The notes under the pieces are model-generated. The model saw nothing but the letters and a program-made list of their open reading frames with translations, was not told where the DNA came from and did no database searches. A program made the position numbers and the translations under genes. DNA of 64,000 nt, taken from IMG/VR virus record IMGVR_UViG_3300016725_000002, positions 64,001 through 128,000 of that record; one strand, 5' to 3'. Positions 57,221 through 64,000 of the stretch are shown here, in pieces. Source of the DNA: a virus. Taxonomy: Duplodnaviria > Caudoviricetes. Every line of letters starts with the position of its first letter. The first letter of the stretch is position 1.

Positions 57221-57399
57221 TATTCTTCATCCTTAGTACCGCAGTATGAACACCAAAGACTGTTGCATTTTTCCACATCAAGAGCAGAATTTAAATATTC
57301 AGTACATTCTTTATTTGTACATGTTGAAACAAAAATTTGTTCAAGAGGATTTAATTCATCTTTAATCCATTGTTTCTTTAGGAAAGGGCAGGGTGTCAT
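57220..57399 (-). CDS. 59-aa Cys-rich small protein (not in ORF track)
   Basis: MTPCPFLK...CTNKEC...CNSLWCSYCG; coupled by TGATG and TAATG overlaps; AGGAAG RBS. Confidence 0.6.
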   Translation of the reverse strand: MTPCPFLKKQWIKDELNPLEQIFVSTCTNKECTEYLNSALDVEKCNSLWCSYCGTKDEE

Positions 57400-58139
57400 C
57401 AGTCTTCTTCCTTAAAGCTTAATTTGAAGTTTTGAAGAATTTTTTTGCCAGCAGTATCTACACAGAATACTGGATATCTAAATTCAGAATTATCCAGTAC
57501 ATTATTTGTTTCATCTTTCACCCAAAATTCTTTTGGTATAACTCCTTTATAACCTTCAACGTGCAAAGCACCATTTAAAGGATGGTGCAAATAATTATCA
57601 AAAAAATCTATTCCATCTACACCACCAATAACAACAATTCTACAACTATTATAATAATAATCTAATAAATCTCGAATTTGATATAGCCGTTCCTTTTCAG
57701 GTAATACACTACGAATAATAACTACATCAGGACGCAATGCACTAGGATTAATTGAAGGATCATATTTTGGAGTAACACACTTCCATTGTAAATTTACAGT
57801 ATGTCTATAATTACGAACCATACCTAATAACATAGTAAATGCAACTTCATGTGCAAGATAATCATTGATACTACTACTAACACAAAGTACATATGGATTA
57901 ACTTCATTAGTAGGTTTTATAATTTTATTATAAATACGTTGCTGTGTCTTTTTATCAACTCTATATGATTCAGATTTTCGTGTAAACTTTGAACTATTTT
58001 CAGTTGAAATTTTTCTAGTACCAGATAGTATACTAAAATTATAGGTATCAAATACTGCACCCGGTTCAACTTTTGGATAAGCATAATAAGGAACTTTGTT
58101 TAATTTAAGTTGTCGAGCAAATGCCATCCTCGAAATCAT
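57399..58139 (-). CDS. Hypothetical protein (possible degenerate helicase-loader-like fold)
   Basis: alpha/beta pattern PDVVII...IRDLLD..RIVV near DnaB; no Walker A. Confidence 0.4.
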   Translation of the reverse strand: MISRMAFARQLKLNKVPYYAYPKVEPGAVFDTYNFSILSGTRKISTENSSKFTRKSESYRVDKKTQQRIYNKIIKPTNEVNPYVLCVSSSINDYLAHEVAFTMLLGMVRNYRHTVNLQWKCVTPKYDPSINPSALRPDVVIIRSVLPEKERLYQIRDLLDYYYNSCRIVVIGGVDGIDFFDNYLHHPLNGALHVEGYKGVIPKEFWVKDETNNVLDNSEFRYPVFCVDTAGKKILQNFKLSFKEED

Positions 58140-59121
58140 TGTTTCTCCAAGGTAAAGTTGTGAAAGTCTTAGTTTGTGGGAGTTTAAAAGAATGCTCTGA
58201 AGTTGTTCTAACTAGTTTATTCGATAAATATAAAGCATATCTTGATATAAATTCTACATGTTGATTTCTACCATTCTCTTCAATATTTATTGCTAAGTCA
58301 TTAGTAAAATTAACATACTTACAATTTAGTTGCAAGCTACTTCGAGAATCATCATTCCATTTATATTTAAATGGAAATTTTACATAATCCTGCATATTAT
58401 AAAATTCTTTTATTCCTTTATTAACTTTACAATATTTACACATATAACTATTAGGATATTCACAAACACAGCAGGACTCAGAAGTAAAATTAATATTAGT
58501 AAATAAGTCATAAGAGTTAAGTTGACCTAGGGTAGTTCTTAGATATAAGATATAATATAACAATTTATCCCAATTTCTTATTTCACTATCTGCATATAAA
58601 TTTGTATCTAATTGTTTTTGAACTCGTGTAATATCATCTAAAAATAAGATAGGATTTTGACAATAAGACAAATACATTATTGGTATAATTTTATTTGTCT
58701 CAGATGTAGTACAAGTAGTAAATGTGGTACGTTGAAACTTTTCTACTTTAATTATATATGCAAAGGGTTTTTTACCCTCTAGTATATCTTGAATTGTTAT
58801 TTTAGATAAATTAAATTCCCTAAATAATGAATCCATATCTATTAAAGAAAGTAAACTAAAATATGGATTAAATTCTGGATTAACATATGTATCAGTATGA
58901 ACAACATCACAGCAGCTAACAATTGGACAAGAGGCACATTTACTTGATTGTTTATAACATTTTTTTGATAAATCTTTACGAATTGTTTGAAGTTGCAAAT
59001 CTAATTTTTCAATTATTTGCTTATACTCAGGAAACGCTCTAAATACATCTACAAAAGTATCACCAGCACGACTAGATAATTTTCGTTTTGTTATGGAAAT
59101 TAGTTCATTTGATTTGCGCAT
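58105..59121 (-). CDS. Hypothetical Cys-rich protein
   Basis: CYK..CASCP..CC and CCVC..CKYC clusters. Confidence 0.55.
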   Translation of the reverse strand: MRKSNELISITKRKLSSRAGDTFVDVFRAFPEYKQIIEKLDLQLQTIRKDLSKKCYKQSSKCASCPIVSCCDVVHTDTYVNPEFNPYFSLLSLIDMDSLFREFNLSKITIQDILEGKKPFAYIIKVEKFQRTTFTTCTTSETNKIIPIMYLSYCQNPILFLDDITRVQKQLDTNLYADSEIRNWDKLLYYILYLRTTLGQLNSYDLFTNINFTSESCCVCEYPNSYMCKYCKVNKGIKEFYNMQDYVKFPFKYKWNDDSRSSLQLNCKYVNFTNDLAINIEENGRNQHVEFISRYALYLSNKLVRTTSEHSFKLPQTKTFTTLPWRNNDFEDGICSTT

Positions 59122-59132
59122 ATAACCTCACA

Positions 59133-60704
59133 TCACATAATACAACGTAATCCGCCTTTACTTCTACTACTATTAGATTGTTTCGTTTGACGTTTATTGA
59201 ACTTATATTTACGCATTACTTTTTCTATAGCTTGAATAGACTTATCACTTAAATCACCAATATCTTCAAATATACGAATAAGGGGTTTTTCTTTCTTTTT
59301 ATATTGAGTTCTAATACGACTAAATTCTTGGTATAAATCTTCTTCAAAAGTTCTATAAGTATGAAGATTAATATAAATACAACTCATTGGAGGAGCATTA
59401 AACCCAAGTGAAATAATTTGTTCATTACCAATTACAACATCATATTTACCTTTTCTAATATCCTTTTGTAATTCTTCACGGAGTTGCTTGTGTAGTTCAC
59501 CATGATATTCACAAATCTTTACGTTCAATCCTTCTTTACGACATTTCTTTCTAATAAGTTTTGATAATAAAGCAATCTGGGCGTGACGCTTAACAGGTAA
59601 CATAATTCTATGATTATTTTTTAAATCTGTTATAACCTTTTTTGCAATGAAATTATTTCTATGTTCATCTTTTGCTAACTTAGTCCAAAGACCATTCCAG
59701 CCCTTATCACTTGAAGGTATTGGAGGAGCCATCCATTTAGTATTAGTAATAATATAATCACAAGCAAGTTGTTCCGCCCCACCTTTTGCTAAGATTGGGC
59801 CGAAAGTAAATTCATTTTTAAATTGCTTATTATCTCTACGTTTTGGAGTAGCAGTTACACCTAATCTATATCTAGCATAAAATGAGTTTATTACTCGGTG
59901 AAATTCATCTGACGCAGCTTTATGTATTTCATCTACTACAATTAATCCAAATAATTTCTTACAAACTTTTAATCTATCTTTACCATACTTATTTATAAAC
60001 TGTTGATATGTGCATATACATACTTTAAGCTTTTTCATCTTAGAAACATCAGGATTAATTTCAATATCTGATTTTTTAAGTGTTGTAAACTGTAAATAGT
60101 CTAAATAAAATTGTCGTGCAAGATCGATTTTATGAACTAAAATTAAAATACGAGTTTCAAGTTTATGTCCAACGAAAGCGGTTAACAGAGTTTTACCAAA
60201 ACGCGGTGGGCAAACTAAAACACCATTCCTATTTTCATTCCAAAGTTTTGCTAATCTTAACTGCTCTGAACTTCTACTTTTATCAAGTTTTGAGTAATCC
60301 ATAGACCAAGGATTTTTTAATTTAGGTAGGGTTCTTATATCTTTAAATTTTAAATCATATCCTTCATCCTTTAATATACTAACTAATACTTTATTTGCTT
60401 CTAAATTACTTAATTCAAATTTTATATACTTTGAGGATTTACTCATACATTTATCTTTATGCTCACTCATTTTACAACCAAAACAGGCAGAAATAGGTTT
60501 TCTGCCTAATTCTGCCGCAGCTTCTTTTAATTTACATTTTTTATTTGTAGTATGAACGAAACAATTATATGGATTGTGTGTTGTTTGGATAAATAATTCT
60601 TTGATTTGTTTTTTACTAGACTTTGAAATATTATTCCAAACTTTTATTGGAAGCAAAAGTTTATTAGCTAATATAGCTGTAACTTCTGTATTAAATAATC
60701 CCAC
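59133..60704 (-). CDS. Superfamily 2 helicase (UvsW/ResIII-like)
   Basis: GTG start, GGAGG RBS; PPRFGKT, DEIH, VTATP, GFNAP, QEFSRI. Confidence 0.9.
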   Translation of the reverse strand: MGLFNTEVTAILANKLLLPIKVWNNISKSSKKQIKELFIQTTHNPYNCFVHTTNKKCKLKEAAAELGRKPISACFGCKMSEHKDKCMSKSSKYIKFELSNLEANKVLVSILKDEGYDLKFKDIRTLPKLKNPWSMDYSKLDKSRSSEQLRLAKLWNENRNGVLVCPPRFGKTLLTAFVGHKLETRILILVHKIDLARQFYLDYLQFTTLKKSDIEINPDVSKMKKLKVCICTYQQFINKYGKDRLKVCKKLFGLIVVDEIHKAASDEFHRVINSFYARYRLGVTATPKRRDNKQFKNEFTFGPILAKGGAEQLACDYIITNTKWMAPPIPSSDKGWNGLWTKLAKDEHRNNFIAKKVITDLKNNHRIMLPVKRHAQIALLSKLIRKKCRKEGLNVKICEYHGELHKQLREELQKDIRKGKYDVVIGNEQIISLGFNAPPMSCIYINLHTYRTFEEDLYQEFSRIRTQYKKKEKPLIRIFEDIGDLSDKSIQAIEKVMRKYKFNKRQTKQSNSSRSKGGLRCIM

Positions 60705-60721
60705 TAATTACCTCCATAAGA

Positions 60722-60757
60722 AATATGGGGTGGTAAACTTAAATACCACCCCATATT
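60722..60757 (-). terminator. Rho-independent terminator
   Basis: AATATGGGGTGGTA / TACCACCCCATATT 14-bp perfect stem. Confidence 0.85.
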
Positions 60758-60765
60758 AAATACTA

Positions 60766-61383
60766 TTACTTGCGTGTTATACTGCGTAATCCTGAATTTT
60801 TAAATGATTCTAATCGAGTTTCAACATACTCGAGAAGTTCACCACATGTTTCGGGACATGTAGATTTAATCCATTCAAGTGTAAACTGAGTAAGTGGCTC
60901 TTCTTTATCTAAAGCAACAATAATTGCAAGTTTATCACTGCAACCCATATCATCATCTGCTAAACATTCACGAATTTTAGGTTCAATTTCATCCATATCA
61001 CCGACAGCACTAATATTAAGTGCCGCCAAATCTGAATCTTCATAACGTAAGTCATCAGTAACAAGATTAAGTTTTTTACGGACAAGTTCATTTTCGCGTG
61101 AACCTTCCTTAGTTTCAAGAATAGAAAGGGCTTCTTTTTCAGTAAGAAGTTTAAGTACGCCAGTGCGAAGTGCATGGCGAATTTCAGAAGAATTTTTAAC
61201 CATGTCAGTTTTAGCCCACTGACGTAAATCCATAGGAATAAAAGTTCTAGGAATAGTAACGATAACGGTATCGTTACCTGAAATAAGACGGAAATTGAAA
61301 TCCGTCTTAGTCATATTTCTAACATAAATAGGAGCATTATCTTCAATAGTATCAAGATTTAAAGCTTGTGATTTATTCGTCAT
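60766..61383 (-). CDS. Hypothetical protein (likely start MTNKSQ at 61383)
   Basis: GAGGAGG upstream of ATG 61383; IPRTFIPMDL motif. Confidence 0.6.
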   Translation of the reverse strand: MTNKSQALNLDTIEDNAPIYVRNMTKTDFNFRLISGNDTVIVTIPRTFIPMDLRQWAKTDMVKNSSEIRHALRTGVLKLLTEKEALSILETKEGSRENELVRKKLNLVTDDLRYEDSDLAALNISAVGDMDEIEPKIRECLADDDMGCSDKLAIIVALDKEEPLTQFTLEWIKSTCPETCGELLEYVETRLESFKNSGLRSITRK

Positions 61384-64000
61384 CGTCTTCGTCCTCCTCA
61401 GGTTCGAAATCATTTCCTTGACTTGCATAATATAAATCCATTCCAATACCTTTTTTAATTTGCTTTAAACAATGCTTACGCAAATCAAAAGAAGCGGTAC
61501 GTTTTCCTGTATCTACTTCTTTATCAAGAATTAAATTCTTTAAGTCTTCATATTTAAAGGTAAGGTCACTAAGATTTTTAGCGGCCTTTGAACCATCTTT
61601 CAATATAATCTGAAATCCACGTCTAGCTGAATCAAGTTGTCCAGTTAGCTGTAGATAGGTAATGGTATCAAGGACAGGATCAATACCACAACCTGTTTTA
61701 CCACCACGCTTTGTCCAGATTCGACCCTTAATCTGGGCGTAAGGTGTAGTAATTTTATTCTTTTTATTTCGTATAATAAAATGACGATATTCATCTCGTC
61801 CATTATTTTCAATTTCAATTGGTCCACCACCATTTGGGTTAGATACTGAACCAATTCTATTACGTAGATCACAAAAATGTTTTAATGCTTCACCACCAGG
61901 ATTATATTCAGGGTCGCCATATCCAGCATTAGGATTTTTACGCACCTGATTAACACCAATAATGGTATAGCCTTTAGCTGAAATAAGGGATTTAATTTGA
62001 TTAATATAGTTACCAAACATACGACCCTGTTGAGCCATAGCGGCTGAATCATCTTCAGCCGTTTGCCTAGGAGTCATAGCAGCATAACTATCAATAAAAG
62101 TAATACCTTCACATCCACCATAATTATTAGGAACTCTTGTTCCATACAAGCCACTTGATTTAAGAAGCTTTTTATCAAAATCAATTTTTAAAGTTTTTAA
62201 CATAGCTTCAAGATCTTTAGCAAGCAATCCGCCAGTCTTCTTTTTAGTCTTAGCATCTACAGGAGTCCAAGTATACCACCACTCATCCTGCATAAGACAT
62301 TTATCTGGTAAACTCTTTAATTGTTTAATTAACAATAATAAACATTGTTCACCAAAAGAAGGTTTGTATAACCTAATTTTAGGACGAATTGCCCAACCAG
62401 AATCATCTTTAGTTCTCATACCAAAGATATTTTCTGGTTTTTCATTAGGCATTCCTGCAATATTAAGAAACCATTTTTTATCTAATGATCCTTCAAAGTC
62501 GAAATAATTACCACAAGTATACTTAGGAATATAAATTAAACCTTGTCCTAATGCTGCATTACCATGGGTTGTATTATGAACAACTATATTATTTGCAATA
62601 AATTGACTACTATTAGGTACGGTTAGATCATAAACATCATGTAATTTTTTAGATTTAGATATTTTAGCCACTTTTGTATACATAAGATTTTCTTTTAATA
62701 AGATAGAAACTTTGTTATATAAATCAGAATTTATAATTTTTAAGTGATCTATGTTTAATTCTGGTAATGCATTACAAGTTAAATGACCTTCGTTAGATAG
62801 CAATCTACCTTTAGTCATTTCATCATTAAAACTACCAAGCAAGCTTATCTTCTGACTAATTTTTCCATTAGAATAAACTCCATTTTTACTAACTACTTCT
62901 CTAGCTTTAGCTAAATTAGCAGCTAAATATGGAATAATATAATTTTTACTCCATCCTTTTGAAATAGATATATTTTTATCTAGTGAAAAAGTATCAAAAA
63001 ATGTTTGAGAAAATACAGTTGGAATATGTAAATAATAATATGAATTTTCACTATAGTCAACTGGCCCTTTCTTTTTTGAGAAAGAACTAAAAATCCCAAA
63101 TTCATTTAATACAACTTGCATCTGCTTCATTAAATTTTGACTAGCTGAACATAAATAAACAGCACTTGAATCTGGTAAATAAGAATCACAAGATAAATAA
63201 CCTTCAATAAATGCTTTAACACACTCTTCATTAGATTGTAAAATACTCCAAGGAATAACTTTATTTTTTGCTAAAGAATTTAATCCTAAATATTTAATAT
63301 ACGCAGTTAATTGCGTTGATCTAATATGTAAATTAGGACAATCTGAATCATTAAATTCTAAATCTAAATCAAATAAGTCTTTAATTAATTTTTTATAATT
63401 TTTTTGAGTTTTTACATTATTAGTACAAAAATTTATTCCATAACTATTATCATAACTACCATTCGCAGTTAAATATCCCAAAAATTTTGCTAACTTTGTA
63501 TTCATACTAGTTGCAATAGGATAAGATTTAGCAGTATAGGAAGTATTATTATATCTTTTTTCTTCATATATAAAATTTAAATTACAGTTACTAATTGCAA
63601 AGTTCTTCTTTCCAAAAGAACTACAAATAAAATCATTTACTTTTATATCTTTTAATTGTTTCCATTCCAAATTTAATTCTTTAGTAATTACTAAAATAGG
63701 ATGTTCTGGTGTACCACCTAGGGTACGACCATCTTGTAAATATAATTTATAAATATTAGATTTAGTATGAAATATATGAGAGGTTAATTGTTTATTATTT
63801 TTAGTATAAATATTTATATTTTTTTCTTTAAAACCATTAATTTTTCCAACTAAATCTTTAATCTTAAAGATTCCATTTTCTGTAGGTACATATGAATTAC
63901 CTAAAATGCATTTACCGCCAGATTCCGGCCCAACCCAATCATATGCACGACCTGGATAATAACCACCACCTAAAATAGCAACATCTAAAGCAAGACTTCC
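61373..64000 (-). CDS. recA: RecA/UvsX recombinase with intein (5' end outside window)
   Basis: Manual extension: GSLALDVAILGGG..PGR....GPESGGK|intein|TT; FDFEGSLD, FIDSYAAM, NQVR, GDPEYNPGGEALK, KNK. Confidence 0.93.
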   Translation of the reverse strand, partial: GSLALDVAILGGGYYPGRAYDWVGPESGGKCILGNSYVPTENGIFKIKDLVGKINGFKEKNINIYTKNNKQLTSHIFHTKSNIYKLYLQDGRTLGGTPEHPILVITKELNLEWKQLKDIKVNDFICSSFGKKNFAISNCNLNFIYEEKRYNNTSYTAKSYPIATSMNTKLAKFLGYLTANGSYDNSYGINFCTNNVKTQKNYKKLIKDLFDLDLEFNDSDCPNLHIRSTQLTAYIKYLGLNSLAKNKVIPWSILQSNEECVKAFIEGYLSCDSYLPDSSAVYLCSASQNLMKQMQVVLNEFGIFSSFSKKKGPVDYSENSYYYLHIPTVFSQTFFDTFSLDKNISISKGWSKNYIIPYLAANLAKAREVVSKNGVYSNGKISQKISLLGSFNDEMTKGRLLSNEGHLTCNALPELNIDHLKIINSDLYNKVSILLKENLMYTKVAKISKSKKLHDVYDLTVPNSSQFIANNIVVHNTTHGNAALGQGLIYIPKYTCGNYFDFEGSLDKKWFLNIAGMPNEKPENIFGMRTKDDSGWAIRPKIRLYKPSFGEQCLLLLIKQLKSLPDKCLMQDEWWYTWTPVDAKTKKKTGGLLAKDLEAMLKTLKIDFDKKLLKSSGLYGTRVPNNYGGCEGITFIDSYAAMTPRQTAEDDSAAMAQQGRMFGNYINQIKSLISAKGYTIIGVNQVRKNPNAGYGDPEYNPGGEALKHFCDLRNRIGSVSNPNGGGPIEIENNGRDEYRHFIIRNKKNKITTPYAQIKGRIWTKRGGKTGCGIDPVLDTITYLQLTGQLDSARRGFQIILKDGSKAAKNLSDLTFKYEDLKNLILDKEVDTGKRTASFDLRKHCLKQIKKGIGMDLYYASQGNDFEPEEDEDDDE
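62573..63910 (-). mobile_element. Intein with LAGLIDADG homing endonuclease in RecA P-loop (446 aa)
   Basis: CILGNSYV...GTPEHP...FLGYLTANG...FIEGYLSCDS...VYDLTV...IANNIVVHN|T. Confidence 0.95.

Noticed and set aside
747-60759. All plus-strand ORFs in the track, and short alternative-frame minus ORFs (e.g. 1351..1545, 4136..4462, 61645..61872)
   Set aside because: They lie inside longer minus-strand genes with recognisable motifs and show shadow-frame composition; they are most frequent in GC-rich genes where stops are rare.
1-64000. tRNA, rRNA or structured ncRNA genes
   Set aside because: Intergenic gaps are short and explained by terminators or RBSs; no cloverleaf/T-loop signature noticed by eye (tRNAscan-SE/Infernal not run).

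Overview
A 64-kb slice of a large, AT-rich, contractile-tailed (myovirus-like, probably jumbo) phage genome. Every credible gene is on the minus strand and uses the standard code. Reading along the minus strand (right to left): a replication/recombination block (intein-containing RecA/UvsX, SF2 helicase, DnaB, NAD-dependent ligase, probable sliding clamp, FolE); a terminase large subunit with two mini-inteins; tail-tube-like, tail-chaperone and tape-measure/lysin genes; the portal; a large accessory block of paralogous fibre/receptor-binding proteins; the prohead protease; topoisomerase IB and small proteins; a radical-SAM/Cys-repeat/glycosyltransferase cluster; the head operon (scaffold-like, decoration, major capsid); and the start of the tail sheath. 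The strongest candidates for undescribed biology are: (1) a radical SAM/SPASM enzyme translationally coupled to a fibre-like protein ending in four CxCxCNY-type heptads, followed by a partner protein and a glycosyltransferase, which looks like a RiPP-style virion-modification system; (2) a shared N-terminal leader (MKY[VI]x[VIL]..A) on about 14 mostly unrelated proteins, including topoisomerase IB and DNA ligase, which looks like a capsid-targeting signal; (3) a mix-and-match set of N-terminal anchor tags (MLELLNYN and others) with interchangeable payload domains; (4) a candidate +1 frameshift (CCC-UUU-CGA) in the chaperone upstream of the tape measure; (5) a recurrent CAGTTTA promoter-like motif and GC-rich codon islands. 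All product calls come from motifs recognised by eye; no database searches were run.
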